From IMG/VR virus record IMGVR_UViG_3300046012_000485, positions 1 to 41,196 of that record: 41,196 bases of DNA, one strand, 5' to 3'. Position numbers and translations under genes: made by a program. Below the pieces are notes generated by a model. That model was not told the origin of the DNA, did not search any database, and was given only the letters and a program-made list of their open reading frames with translations. Origin of the DNA: a virus. Taxonomy: Duplodnaviria; Caudoviricetes. Below, piece by piece: positions 9,532-19,264 of the stretch (the stretch's first letter is position 1; every line of letters begins with the position of its first letter).

Positions 9532-10487
9532 CAGTGAAACCCTAGAGCTTGGGGAGCCTGGCCGGCAGGAATGACAAACGAGGTGGCAGTCGTTGGGTCA
9601 TAGACCTTCGTGCCTCCGGAGAACTGATCCAGGGTAAAGGTCTTCTGCGTCGCCGCCTGGCTTGGGATTGCCGGAAGGCCGTCCAGCAGGGAGGGAGCCG
9701 TATTGAAGTGGAACCCGCTTGCCTGGTTGGCAGGCGTCATCAAGGGCAGGCTCGTCACCACGGGGACATTGGTAGTAAGGGGAGCGGCCGGAGCTGTTGC
9801 TGCCAGGTCTGAGGCGATCCCAGTGGCTCCTGGAGAGGCAGCCGAGCTTGGAGGTTGCAAGGTAGCTACCGGGTAGGTCGGAAGCACTCCATTATCCTTG
9901 AAAGCCTGAGAGCCGGGGTCCTGGGTAGCTGTCGGGTTGGCCGGGGAGCCGGTAGCGCCGGCCGCCGTGGTGCTGTACTGCTGGCTAACGTCCGCGCGCA
10001 CCTGGGTAAGGTAGAGATTGACGGTCAATAGGCCGACGCCGTTTTTGGCCTCGCGTTTATAGTCATAGTGGGCCACATTGAGGTTGATATAGGTCCCCTC
10101 GGGCGTATAGGCATCATAGAGGTTTGTGTCGTTGACAATATCCTCCACCGAGGCGAGAAATTCCGAGCGGTCGGATTCAGAGCCGCCACGCGAGAAGGTA
10201 AGCCGCACGTCGTAGGGCTGCTGCACCTTGTCGTAGGTCTCAAAGCTACCCTGCTCAATCGGATAGTCGGCGATCGCCCAATTCTGCTTGAGTTCAAATA
10301 CAACCAGATTGTCGGCGGCTATTACCGAATTGCCGTCCAGGAAGAGACCCCACTGCTGTGCGTTACCGAAATTGGAAATTGAAATAAGGTCCGCTATCAA
10401 CAATGACGGCAGCGCGATCGGCGCAAGGGGATTGCGCAGAAGCTGCGGAACGCCTGGGACATTTGGAACGTTGGGGAAGATGCTCAC
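9531..10487 (-). CDS. tail tube initiator / Dit-like baseplate protein with a Pro/Ala/Thr-rich C-terminal extension
   Basis: IADYPIEQGSFETYDKVQQP, YTPEGTY; follows the tape measure gene. Confidence 0.75.
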   Translation of the reverse strand: MSIFPNVPNVPGVPQLLRNPLAPIALPSLLIADLISISNFGNAQQWGLFLDGNSVIAADNLVVFELKQNWAIADYPIEQGSFETYDKVQQPYDVRLTFSRGGSESDRSEFLASVEDIVNDTNLYDAYTPEGTYINLNVAHYDYKREAKNGVGLLTVNLYLTQVRADVSQQYSTTAAGATGSPANPTATQDPGSQAFKDNGVLPTYPVATLQPPSSAASPGATGIASDLAATAPAAPLTTNVPVVTSLPLMTPANQASGFHFNTAPSLLDGLPAIPSQAATQKTFTLDQFSGGTKVYDPTTATSFVIPAGQAPQALGFH

Positions 10488-12214
10488 GTTGGGCCCGTAT
10501 TTGCCTGTTGCACATGCGCGTTGCGCGCCAAGAGCTCGGCATGGATGTCTCCGGCAATTCCGGCAGCATCCCGCGCGGAACTGTTGATGACAAGCGTACC
10601 GATGTGGGTGGTGGAGCTTGCAGTGCTCACGCTAGAGCTGCTGCTTGACGCACTGGCAAGCTGCGAAGAGGCCTGACCTCTGTAGCGTGCCATGCGATCG
10701 GCGATCCCAGAAGCTACCTGGGACTGCGAATATGCGTTGTAACCGGCTTCGCGCTTGAAGATCGCGCTCAGCACCTTGTTGGCTACCCCAGGATTATTGA
10801 GGTCCATAATGTCATTCACTCCGACGCCGGCGGCCGAAGCGATCGCCCTGGCATAGGCGTCAACGTCATTGCCGTCTCCGGCCGGCGCCCAATGCTTGGC
10901 AATCAGCAGCGGCGTGGACCAGCCACGCTTGGAGTAGTTCATGAGATTGCCGGCCGCGGCCGAGATGCCGTCCTGGGCGCTCGCGAAGTGCGCAAACCCC
11001 CCTGATACTGGAGTGTTGCCCCAGGAACGAAGGTTGCCGGGATTGTTGTTGCGAACGCTCAAGGGCGAGCGGCCGCCGCGGGAAGCAGGGGGTGAAGATG
11101 GTGCGGAGGTTGAGGCTGGAGGAGCCGAGCCACCGCCGCTGAACATTCCGCTGATGCCGGACCAGATGGAGCGCCAGTGATCGGACACATAGACTATGCC
11201 GGCAACGGCCGCAGCGATGGCAGCGAGCGTAAGAAGGACCGGACCTGCAGCAGCTAGCATGCTACCTATAGCCACAGCCATGGTGCCTATAGCCGCAGCA
11301 CCTATACTGACGGCGGTTACGAGCCCACCAATGCCGAGAGCCACGCTGAGAAGACCAACGGCGCCGGCCAAGGCGATAATGATGCCCTTGCCAAGGTCGG
11401 GATGATCCTTGAAGAAGCCGGCGAGAGCTTTGGTGACGCCGACGATTGCTGGAGTTACCGCACTCAGAATGTCAACGGCGAGACCTGTGAGAGTATTGCG
11501 CAGGTCCATCCAAGCCTTAAGACGTTCTTGTGCTGGGCCAGCGTCACGCGCCAAGGTATCGGCATATTGCTTCTGCGAGTTGAGCAGTTCTTCAACGGCA
11601 CCGCGGCCTTGGAGAATGACCTGAATCATTCCATCAGATATGCCCATCTGCTCAAGGATGGTCATCGCCTTGGCGTGGTCCATGCCCTTAACGCGATCGG
11701 CTAGTTCCAGCCAGAGCTGGCCGGCATCCTTCGTCTTGCCGTTGATGTCGGTAAACTGGATACCCAGCATCCGAAACCAAGGTAACACGGAGGATTGTCC
11801 AGTAAGCGAGAAGCGCTGAATCTCGGTGGTAAGGCTCTTAAAGGAAGCATCCACGTCGCCGGCGTTTATTCCAAGCAACGATGCGCCGGCGCGCCACTGA
11901 GCGACCTCTCGCGAGCTAAGACCCAGCATGTTGGAGAAGCGGCCGAGAGCCGCATTGCTGTTGGTCATATCCGTAACGAACTCTTTGATGCCCTTGCCGG
12001 CGGTGAAGACCGCAAGCAAAGCCACGAGCTCGTTACGCATTTTGTTGAAGCCGTCCGTCTGCTTCTTGTTGGCTTCCGTGACCTTCTTGCTTGAGGTATC
12101 GGAGCCCTGAGCTACCTTGGTGAAGAAGTCGGTGAGGGTCTTCTTGCCGGCTTCAAGGTCCTTGGTTTCAAAACCAAGTTCAAGGACGAGAGCGTCAATA
12201 ACAGTCGCGCTCAT
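10484..12214 (-). CDS. tape measure protein with a C-terminal lysozyme/transglycosylase-like domain
   Basis: VIDALVLELG start, helical body, central hydrophobic segments, RNNNPGNLR..FA.F..G..WAP..N motif. Confidence 0.85.
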   Translation of the reverse strand: MSATVIDALVLELGFETKDLEAGKKTLTDFFTKVAQGSDTSSKKVTEANKKQTDGFNKMRNELVALLAVFTAGKGIKEFVTDMTNSNAALGRFSNMLGLSSREVAQWRAGASLLGINAGDVDASFKSLTTEIQRFSLTGQSSVLPWFRMLGIQFTDINGKTKDAGQLWLELADRVKGMDHAKAMTILEQMGISDGMIQVILQGRGAVEELLNSQKQYADTLARDAGPAQERLKAWMDLRNTLTGLAVDILSAVTPAIVGVTKALAGFFKDHPDLGKGIIIALAGAVGLLSVALGIGGLVTAVSIGAAAIGTMAVAIGSMLAAAGPVLLTLAAIAAAVAGIVYVSDHWRSIWSGISGMFSGGGSAPPASTSAPSSPPASRGGRSPLSVRNNNPGNLRSWGNTPVSGGFAHFASAQDGISAAAGNLMNYSKRGWSTPLLIAKHWAPAGDGNDVDAYARAIASAAGVGVNDIMDLNNPGVANKVLSAIFKREAGYNAYSQSQVASGIADRMARYRGQASSQLASASSSSSSVSTASSTTHIGTLVINSSARDAAGIAGDIHAELLARNAHVQQANTGPT

Positions 12215-12216
12215 TA

Positions 12217-12459
12217 TTACTTCCCCTTCTTGGCGTGATGCTTAGCCCAGACGCGAGAGTTATGAGCATCTACCATCATGAGGTCAACCATGTCGTAGAG
12301 GTCCTCCAGGCCATAGTAGGTCTGAAGGTCTTTCATGCTCATCTTGCCGGAGCTAAGAACCATGCTCACGGCAGTGGTGAATCCTGGGTGCCGGATGAGT
12401 CCACCTGGTTCGTCTTCGCCGAGGTCCACCGCTGGTAAAGCTCGGCTATAGAAAAACCC
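12217..12459 (-). CDS. tail assembly chaperone C-terminal (T) part, reached by -1 frameshift
   Basis: The -1 frame is open from the slippery site G GGT TTT (12459-12453) through ...LQTYYGLEDLYDM...; lies just before the tape measure gene. Confidence 0.75.
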   Translation of the reverse strand, partial: GFFYSRALPAVDLGEDEPGGLIRHPGFTTAVSMVLSSGKMSMKDLQTYYGLEDLYDMVDLMMVDAHNSRVWAKHHAKKGK

Positions 12460-12851
12460 GTATGCAACTGGAAGACCTCCAACCTAAGCTTAAGGATGGT
12501 GGTAATCTCTTCCACGTCCTCGCGGATCATCGGGCGATATTCGATGATCCTGCCTCTGTTGTTGGGATCGGCGATGGGAATGTTGATGCAGCTGAGCATT
12601 TCATTCATCAGTTCGCGAATCTCCGGCACGCCGACGCTCGCTGCGATGGGCGCGTAACCCACGGCAGCAATGCCGGCCATTCCAGCGAAGCGATCGGGGA
12701 CTTGGAAGCCGAACTTGGTGAGAGTGACTGCTGCGCGCATGGCCCAGTCCTCCGCATCCAAAGCTCCCATTTCCACGAGGTGGAAGACCTTGCCTTTGTC
12801 GCGGCCTTCCTCCTCGATTTTTACGTCAAGTTCTTTTCTGTTACCTGCCAC
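12366..12851 (-). CDS. tail assembly chaperone (G)
   Basis: GRDKGKVF..EM, DVEEITT..LR.EVF.LH.GF; between tube and tape measure; AGGAGG RBS with GTG start. Confidence 0.8.
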   Translation of the reverse strand: MAGNRKELDVKIEEEGRDKGKVFHLVEMGALDAEDWAMRAAVTLTKFGFQVPDRFAGMAGIAAVGYAPIAASVGVPEIRELMNEMLSCINIPIADPNNRGRIIEYRPMIREDVEEITTILKLRLEVFQLHTGFSIAELYQRWTSAKTNQVDSSGTQDSPLP

Positions 12852-12879
12852 TTTGCCCTCCTAAAAGCGGCGCCGTTTA

Positions 12880-13311
12880 TTAGACGGGCGCCGCGCTGAT
12901 GTCCTCCCAAGTGATCGTGAACTTCCGCGGCTGAATCAGCTTCTTGACCGCGGGCATGGGAGGTACGCTCGTAAGCACGCCATTGGTCAGCACCCACTTC
13001 TGGCCAAGTGCTTTGAGCCAGATGGTTCCTTGAGCAATGAAGTTGTCCCTTGCTGCCTTGTTCGCCGCCCACCATCCGTCGAAGATGAACATGCTCGGTG
13101 AGTCCGCCTGCAGGGTGACACCCTGCTTTATGGGAACATAGACGAAGCCGCTGGACATACGACCATCCACACCCATGAGGACCTCCGATGATTCGACTTC
13201 CGGAGAATCGAAGACATCATCGGCTGCAAAGCCTTTGAGCTGAAGTGGAAGATCGAAGACGCCACCGACTGCAAGCTGGAAAGTAGCAGTCGCGCCTGTA
13301 ATTGAAGCCAT
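12880..13311 (-). CDS. tail tube protein
   Basis: LKGFAADD, MGVDG, TLQADSPS; directly after the sheath. Confidence 0.85.
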   Translation of the reverse strand: MASITGATATFQLAVGGVFDLPLQLKGFAADDVFDSPEVESSEVLMGVDGRMSSGFVYVPIKQGVTLQADSPSMFIFDGWWAANKAARDNFIAQGTIWLKALGQKWVLTNGVLTSVPPMPAVKKLIQPRKFTITWEDISAAPV

Positions 13312-13329
13312 TTATCAGTTCCTCCGCGT

Positions 13330-15267
13330 TTACTGGAGCTCGATGGAATCGAGCGTGATCTGCTGAACCGCGCCGCCGTCGCAGTACCAAAGTTTGCAAG
13401 GAGGCGACTGGCGGGCCGCCCGTGTGGTCGGTGAAGCATCGCTGACCTGCAAGTAATACCCACGCGTCTGCAGCAGGCTAGCGACGTTCTGGCCGGCAGC
13501 CTGGTTGACTTGGGTAATCTGCGTGGCCGACAAGGTAACGCCGGTGCGGATCGCACCGAAGTTGAGCGCTGCGTTGATAGGACCCTGGCACCAGGCCTCG
13601 ATGAGAGAATAGCCGGCCGAGTTGTAGGGTACCGATCCAACGTTGAGGAGACCGTTAAGTACGGCACCCTGAAGGTTAGAGTTGAACCAGATTTGATTGA
13701 TGTAGCTGTCCAACCACTTGAACGAGCCCGACACGAACCCATTCTGGAAGAAGTTGAAGTTATTCGCCCGGCTGGCGTAAGCTCCATAGAAGCTATAGCC
13801 GTTTGCCGTAAGGTTGTTCGCCACCACGGAGTTGACAACGCTCGGCACGGCTCCGGGGAACTGCCGGAAGGCGAAGGTAATGCGGCCTTCTGTCAGCGAA
13901 GTATCGATTGAAGCAATCGAACCGCACAGGCCCGCGGCAATCGAATAGTCCGGGCTGGAAATAGGCACGGTGCCGGCGTAGCTGTCCGTATTGTTGACCA
14001 GATAACCCAGGCTGGTCGTCGCCGGGTTCTGGTTTTGCGGATTGACGTCCGTATCCCAGGCGACGTAGGCATATTGGTCGTTCTGCAGTGAGTTCCACTG
14101 CGCGAAGAGAAGCTTCTGCGCGTTACCCGAACCATTGTCAGGATCGAACACGGTCATGAAGGCAACCCAGTTTTGCGTCAACTGGGTAATCCCGGTCATG
14201 AAAGTGCTGGGCGTCGCAGCATCTGCGCCCTGGCTAAGAACCGCACCTGTCGCCGAGGTAAGAGCCAGTGAGGTGGAGAGCGTACCTGTGGCGAAGGCGG
14301 CAGTGGAGATGACGCCGGTAAGCTCCGAAGTAACCACAAAGGCGCTTGAAACGCTGTCATAGGTCACTGCGATGTTTGGCGCCAGGCAGGTGACGGTCTC
14401 GGAAACCACTTGCTGCGGGTTTCCGGTCAGCTTATACGTGCCCACGCCACCCGTTCCGGCTCCACCGGCGATGATCTGCGTATTGACGGTGATGCTGGTT
14501 CCCTGAATGATCTGGCCGACAGCCACGATACCGGAGCCGATCACGGTTACGTTCATGAAGTTTGAGGAAACCGTGATCGCTGTGGAAGAGGCAGTTGTGA
14601 CGTTGTTGGTCGTATAGGTCCCATTGCCGCCCGTTCCAGTACCAAGGCCCGTGATAACCGTATTGGCAGGAACGCCGGTACCTGACACGCTATCGCCAAC
14701 AGAGACCAACCCCACCACGGCAGAAAGCGTGAGAGTATTCCCCGATCCCGTGCCGGTAGCTGTGGCACCGATTGCCGCGGTAACGCTCGCCTCGGTCGGC
14801 TCCGTTCCGGCAAAGGCCGTCTGGAGGATGGCGGCGGCGCTGGAGAAGCTTGTGGCTGCGGACAGGCTCTGACCCGTGATGGCTCGCGAGTAGCCGTCCA
14901 TCACTACAGTAAGGCTGCCGGTAAGCGCCTGGAGCTGAGCCAAGGTCATCGTGGCCAGACTGCCGCCGCGCAGATAGGCACTCACCGCGCTCGCGTTGTA
15001 TTGAGCAAACAGCAAGGCCTCCGGCAGCTGCTCTGCTCCCACGTAGCCAGCGAAGTATAGGGCTGCGGCCTTCGCCTCGTCCGAAGCGGCGCCGAAGTAT
15101 TTGGAGACCGAGGCCGCATCGGGGAAGGACGGAACGGTGCCGATTGGAACCCGAGTGGAGCTGGAAAGAAAGAGAGAGATGAGCTCCAGCGCGGAGCCTG
15201 AAGCCGAGAGAACGCTCGGGTTGACCTGAACAATCTCGCTGGCGGGAATGCTATTGATGATCGACAT
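13330..15267 (-). CDS. tail sheath protein (DUF3383-like)
   Basis: IPASEIVQVNPSVL start, F.WLDSYINQIW, PYN..GY, WYCDGGAVQQI end. Confidence 0.9.
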   Translation of the reverse strand: MSIINSIPASEIVQVNPSVLSASGSALELISLFLSSSTRVPIGTVPSFPDAASVSKYFGAASDEAKAAALYFAGYVGAEQLPEALLFAQYNASAVSAYLRGGSLATMTLAQLQALTGSLTVVMDGYSRAITGQSLSAATSFSSAAAILQTAFAGTEPTEASVTAAIGATATGTGSGNTLTLSAVVGLVSVGDSVSGTGVPANTVITGLGTGTGGNGTYTTNNVTTASSTAITVSSNFMNVTVIGSGIVAVGQIIQGTSITVNTQIIAGGAGTGGVGTYKLTGNPQQVVSETVTCLAPNIAVTYDSVSSAFVVTSELTGVISTAAFATGTLSTSLALTSATGAVLSQGADAATPSTFMTGITQLTQNWVAFMTVFDPDNGSGNAQKLLFAQWNSLQNDQYAYVAWDTDVNPQNQNPATTSLGYLVNNTDSYAGTVPISSPDYSIAAGLCGSIASIDTSLTEGRITFAFRQFPGAVPSVVNSVVANNLTANGYSFYGAYASRANNFNFFQNGFVSGSFKWLDSYINQIWFNSNLQGAVLNGLLNVGSVPYNSAGYSLIEAWCQGPINAALNFGAIRTGVTLSATQITQVNQAAGQNVASLLQTRGYYLQVSDASPTTRAARQSPPCKLWYCDGGAVQQITLDSIELQ

Positions 15268-15279
15268 GCTGAAGCTCTC

Positions 15280-16029
15280 CTAGTTAGAAGGTGGGTAAGT
15301 GACATCCACGTTAATGGGCGTCACCGAAACGGCATCGGCAAATTGCTGTGCCGCCAGATTTGAAGCATTGACTTGAAGCAGGGCTTCCAATACCCACCGC
15401 TCCTCAACCTGCTGCTGGTCATTGTTAAAGGCCAGGTAGCGAGGATCATCTGCGTAAAGTGGGATGATGGTACCGGCTGCGCCAGGTTGATCTGACTGAC
15501 CGAAGAAGCTCACCCCATATTCATCGCGCAGCATCGTGGAAACGATCTGCGCATTGTCGGCCGAACTCGGACCATGAAAGTCCAACTGAAGCGTGACCTT
15601 TGTCGGCTGCAGATAGGTCCCAGCACCGGCCTGGAAGATCGTCCCCCCTGCTACCGACTGCGAGGGTGACACGTTATAGGTCCCGAGCCCGCCAGGGGTC
15701 CCACTGATCTGCGAGCCGACTATGGTGCCAGTGGACAGGGGGGAGCTGGCGCTAGGCGCTGCCCCCTCGGTGATGGTGCCGGCGAGAAGCTTGGTGACGG
15801 TCATTATGGTGCCGGCGATGCTTCCAACCCAAGCCTGGTCACTCCAGGAATCCACGTTGGTCTCAATGCGCTCGCGCCGAAGCGGGATCATCATGACGTA
15901 GTTGTCGCCCACAGGCTCTGGCACGCGGTTTACTGGAGCTCTCACCACCTCAACGTCGGCCGGCAATATGTTGCGGAGGAAGTTGCGCATCGCCGTGAAG
16001 ACGTCATCCTGGGTAACGCTTATCGTCAC
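15280..16029 (-). CDS. tail terminator / neck protein
   Basis: NRVPEP, QLDFHG, PLYADDP, EERW; directly before the sheath; carries one inserted beta module. Confidence 0.75.
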   Translation of the reverse strand: MTISVTQDDVFTAMRNFLRNILPADVEVVRAPVNRVPEPVGDNYVMMIPLRRERIETNVDSWSDQAWVGSIAGTIMTVTKLLAGTITEGAAPSASSPLSTGTIVGSQISGTPGGLGTYNVSPSQSVAGGTIFQAGAGTYLQPTKVTLQLDFHGPSSADNAQIVSTMLRDEYGVSFFGQSDQPGAAGTIIPLYADDPRYLAFNNDQQQVEERWVLEALLQVNASNLAAQQFADAVSVTPINVDVTYPPSN

Positions 16030-16352
16030 TGCGGCACCAGCGTTGAGATTGGAAGGTTCACAGTCGCCACAAGTATCTCGCCGTTGGAAAGTGGCGCCTT
16101 GAACTCAAGTGTATATACCGCGCCAGGTGAGCCACTGCTGACTTGCTGCGAGACCTTGGAAAGTCCCGTGAGGAAGGCTGCTCCGTTCAGGGTCAGGGTT
16201 GCTTCTGAATCTCCGACCGCTTGCACGACTGAGCAAGCTACGGAACTGAGAATAGTCGTGCCTGCCGCGCGCTGCGCCAGCTGAAGAGAGAAGTCTCCAG
16301 CGTACACAATCGTCGCGTCTGGTGACTTCTGGCTAAAAGAGAGTGCGGGCAT
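16026..16352 (-). CDS. fibre adaptor-like Ig-fold protein
   Basis: KSPDATIVYAGDFS..VSSGSPGAVYTL pattern of small fibre-adaptor proteins; coupled to the 569-aa gene. Confidence 0.55.
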   Translation of the reverse strand: MPALSFSQKSPDATIVYAGDFSLQLAQRAAGTTILSSVACSVVQAVGDSEATLTLNGAAFLTGLSKVSQQVSSGSPGAVYTLEFKAPLSNGEILVATVNLPISTLVPQ

Positions 16353-18062
16353 TTATTTATCCGCTGGAAAGGTGACGGTCAAAGTATCAGACCCGAATTT
16401 TATTTCATTGACGTTGATCGGAAAGACCTGGGCCAGGGTATCTGGCGGGAAGTTCATTATGACGGCAGGAGGAGGAACGCCCAGGCCGTCGCCCTGTGCA
16501 CTTGAAGTTCCGATAGCTAGGCCAGTTCCTATGGCGAGAGCCAAACTCGTTGCTTCAGCCGTCGCAGTGCCTTCGGCAAGCCCAGCTCCAATCGCCAAGG
16601 CAAGACCTCCGGCCGCGGCTGTGGATAGTCCTTGCGCAGCTCCAGCGCCTATTCTGGCAGTAACTCCGGCGCCAGCGGCAGTTGAAGTTCCTGCAGCAGC
16701 TCCAGCTCCTACTCCGGCTGTTATCCCGACCGCGGAGGCAGATGAATCTCCAGCAGCTGTTCCAGCACCTACTATGGCCGTCAAGCCAACGCCGGAGGCG
16801 CTGGAGGTCCCAAGAGCTGAGCCAGCACCTGTTATGGCGGTTACTCCGCCGCCCGTTGCAGTGGAGGTGCCGGCAGCAGTTCCTGCAGCCGGAAAGATGA
16901 GGCTCTCGGTGAGGCCGAACGCGGCGACGTTGATAGAACCGGAAGCCCCGGCAGTCATCCACTGGAGGTCGAGGAGGTCGGTGGGTTGGAATGTGTCGCT
17001 GTTGATGCTGTCGGTGAACCAGCCGGTCAACCCGGCGCCGATGGTGACCGCTTGGGCGCCGACCACGCCATTCTTCCTGATCGAGAATGTGCCGGACGCG
17101 CTCAGATTATTGGCGAAGGCCCAGACGGTGAGCTTCGAGGTATTGACCGCGAAGTTATGCTGTAATTGGGTCGCTTCTGGATGCGACGTGTTCGCCGCCA
17201 CCTGGGGAGAGAACAGGCTCGTGATGAACGTGTTCTTCGCCAAGTTCCAGGACGTGTTGTTGGCGGCCGATACAATGATGTCGCTAATCAGTGTTGAATA
17301 GGAGAACGCCGCACCGGCTGCGAAGACCGTCAAGGCACCAGTCCCAGCGGTTACCAACTTCCCGTTGAACAGATCGCCACTGGCCAGCGTATCGGTGTGG
17401 GTCGAATCGGTGAACCTGCCGGTGAGGCCAGCCCCGACCGAGATTGACTGGTTGCCGTTCGCCCCATTCTTGCGGAAGACCACGCTTCCGGTTTGGGTCA
17501 ACGTATTGGTGGCGACGTTGATCCAGAAATTGCTCACCGTGCAGGGTGTCTGCACCTTGAACTGGACACCAGACTCTCCACCACTCCCGGCGATCACCGA
17601 TGGTATCTGGAAGAAAGCGTTCGCGTTGACGGTAGCGCCGGCATTCTTGACGATGCTAGTGCCTTGTATGAGCGCCACATGTCCAGAAGCGGCCTCGAAG
17701 CAGCCCCACATCCCAGAGATGTTGGCTCCTACGATCCCCTTCACGGCGACTAGGTCACCGGCTACGACGCTGTCGGTGTGTGTGTTATCGACGACGATCC
17801 CGGTCACACTGAGCGGGAGTGATGCTGTCTCGTTCCCATCTGCCCCGTTCTTCCGCAGGGTGGTGACCGATTGCACCGTGTTGCTGGAGCCGCCTTGCAT
17901 GGATAGAAGGCTGTAGGTGCCGGCGACTGGAGAATAGCACTGGCGATCAACCTCAACCGTGTTGAGGTTGAGCGGAGCAAACGTGGAGTTAGGCGCGGTA
18001 TAGAAGGTCCCGGATGGGGTGCCGGTTGCGTCGTTCCAGGTCCCCCAGAGGGTCTTACCCAT
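16353..18062 (-). CDS. neck/collar fibre-like protein
   Basis: Three internal repeats (RKNG..G...TG...D....D.....DL) followed by ~20-aa G/A/T repeats. Confidence 0.65.
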   Translation of the reverse strand: MGKTLWGTWNDATGTPSGTFYTAPNSTFAPLNLNTVEVDRQCYSPVAGTYSLLSMQGGSSNTVQSVTTLRKNGADGNETASLPLSVTGIVVDNTHTDSVVAGDLVAVKGIVGANISGMWGCFEAASGHVALIQGTSIVKNAGATVNANAFFQIPSVIAGSGGESGVQFKVQTPCTVSNFWINVATNTLTQTGSVVFRKNGANGNQSISVGAGLTGRFTDSTHTDTLASGDLFNGKLVTAGTGALTVFAAGAAFSYSTLISDIIVSAANNTSWNLAKNTFITSLFSPQVAANTSHPEATQLQHNFAVNTSKLTVWAFANNLSASGTFSIRKNGVVGAQAVTIGAGLTGWFTDSINSDTFQPTDLLDLQWMTAGASGSINVAAFGLTESLIFPAAGTAAGTSTATGGGVTAITGAGSALGTSSASGVGLTAIVGAGTAAGDSSASAVGITAGVGAGAAAGTSTAAGAGVTARIGAGAAQGLSTAAAGGLALAIGAGLAEGTATAEATSLALAIGTGLAIGTSSAQGDGLGVPPPAVIMNFPPDTLAQVFPINVNEIKFGSDTLTVTFPADK

Positions 18063-18384
18063 TGGGAATTACGCTCACGCTCTGGCCAGCAAACTGCGAG
18101 GCGATCACGCTTTTCACATCATTTACGCTTGAGGCATCCACTTCGACAGTCACGGTGCCGGCATCCATTTCTGCCATCACAATCGCGCTCGGGAAGGTGG
18201 CAACCGCGGCCTGCACCGCGCTCTGGAAGCGGTTTAGAACCACCGCTGCATCAAACTTCGCCTGATATGACGCCACCGGGACGACCATGCCATCTGTCCG
18301 CGTTACGCCAGTGCAGATCATTGATTCCCAGGACACCACCTCAAAGATGGTGCGAGGCGTCATTGGCGGTTCCCACTGCGGCAT
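18055..18384 (-). CDS. hypothetical protein (109 aa)
   Basis: ATG abuts the upstream TAA and the 3' end overlaps the next gene. Confidence 0.6.
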   Translation of the reverse strand: MPQWEPPMTPRTIFEVVSWESMICTGVTRTDGMVVPVASYQAKFDAAVVLNRFQSAVQAAVATFPSAIVMAEMDAGTVTVEVDASSVNDVKSVIASQFAGQSVSVIPNG

Positions 18385-18816
18385 TTAACTCTCCGAGATA
18401 GTCGTTCCGGTCGTCAGCTGCGGAGTTACACCAGGCGATACCGCGATGGTGGGTGAGATGGGCCCGAAGTACCAGAGAGCTCCGGCGCCGGACAAGCTCT
18501 CGCCAAGACCAAAGTAGGTCTCGGTCTCGCTCACCGCCGTGCAAACCGGAAAGCTAACGGAGCTGGTCAGCGTCGCGCTTCCAGTCGCCACGGTAAAGCC
18601 GCTTGAGTTGCGATTGATCGCTTGACGCGCATAGCCCGTATACGTAGCCTCGCTCGTTGTCTGGCTTCCGCTCGCACCAGGTGAGGCCGTGTGAAGCGAA
18701 AGGTAAAGAGAAGTCAACGGGGCAACGGAAGCGTTCTGCGCCACGTTCGCATAAGTCGTAGCGTTAAGCAACAGCGCCAGAATTGCGCTTGACAGTGCAG
18801 TGGTTTTCGCGCCCAT
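18385..18816 (-). CDS. fibre-associated structural protein, paralog 2
   Basis: LYLSLHTASPG..EATYTGYAR..VSFP..ETYFGLG; AGGAG RBS. Confidence 0.7.
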   Translation of the reverse strand: MGAKTTALSSAILALLLNATTYANVAQNASVAPLTSLYLSLHTASPGASGSQTTSEATYTGYARQAINRNSSGFTVATGSATLTSSVSFPVCTAVSETETYFGLGESLSGAGALWYFGPISPTIAVSPGVTPQLTTGTTISES

Positions 18817-18825
18817 GATTATCTC

Positions 18826-19263
18826 CTAGTTGCTGAGCGCGAGCGGCCGGCCCGCGCGAAGTTCTTTTTCACTGAGCTCAACCCACTTGCCTTGCTCGTT
18901 GCAACGAATAAGGCCGAGAAGCTCAAGCTTTTCCCGGTAGATACCGCAAAGAGCCGTACCGATCACCGGGGCAGCTCCAAGGTCAGCTTCAATCGGCCTG
19001 TCAAGAGGTCCTGCAGTTATGATGCTGCCGCCAAAGCCTTCCGGAGCGAAGCAAACGCCAATGGAAAAGTGGGTCAGCTTCTGCGCGTCCGTCTTCACCT
19101 TGGGGAAGACAACGCTCCTGAGTATGCAGGCGCCGTTCCCTGTATCGGGGTCAACCATGAGCTCGGCGTACCGGCGGTTAAAACCGCCATAGTCTGCTTC
19201 AAACTTCCGCTGATTGTCGTTCTCTCCAGGCTGAGCCTGGTGAAGCGTAACCGAGATGCGCAT
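18826..19263 (-). CDS. divergent paralog 3 of the same family (145 aa)
   Basis: VTLHQAQPG..EADYGGFNR..VVFP..LTHFSIG; start moved to MRISV. Confidence 0.6.
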   Translation of the reverse strand: MRISVTLHQAQPGENDNQRKFEADYGGFNRRYAELMVDPDTGNGACILRSVVFPKVKTDAQKLTHFSIGVCFAPEGFGGSIITAGPLDRPIEADLGAAPVIGTALCGIYREKLELLGLIRCNEQGKWVELSEKELRAGRPLALSN

Positions 19264-19264
19264 G

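Noticed and set aside
16480-16890. ~60-nt periodicity suggesting a CRISPR array or DNA tandem repeat
   Set aside because: Degenerate at DNA level and explained by a protein repeat; no identical repeats with unique spacers
16372-17301. 309-aa Pro/Ala-rich plus-strand ORF
   Set aside because: Antisense of the repeat region of the 569-aa gene
5102-18816. Paralogous gene pair as a possible DGR template/variable repeat
   Set aside because: Both are intact genes differing at all base types, and no reverse transcriptase is seen in the window
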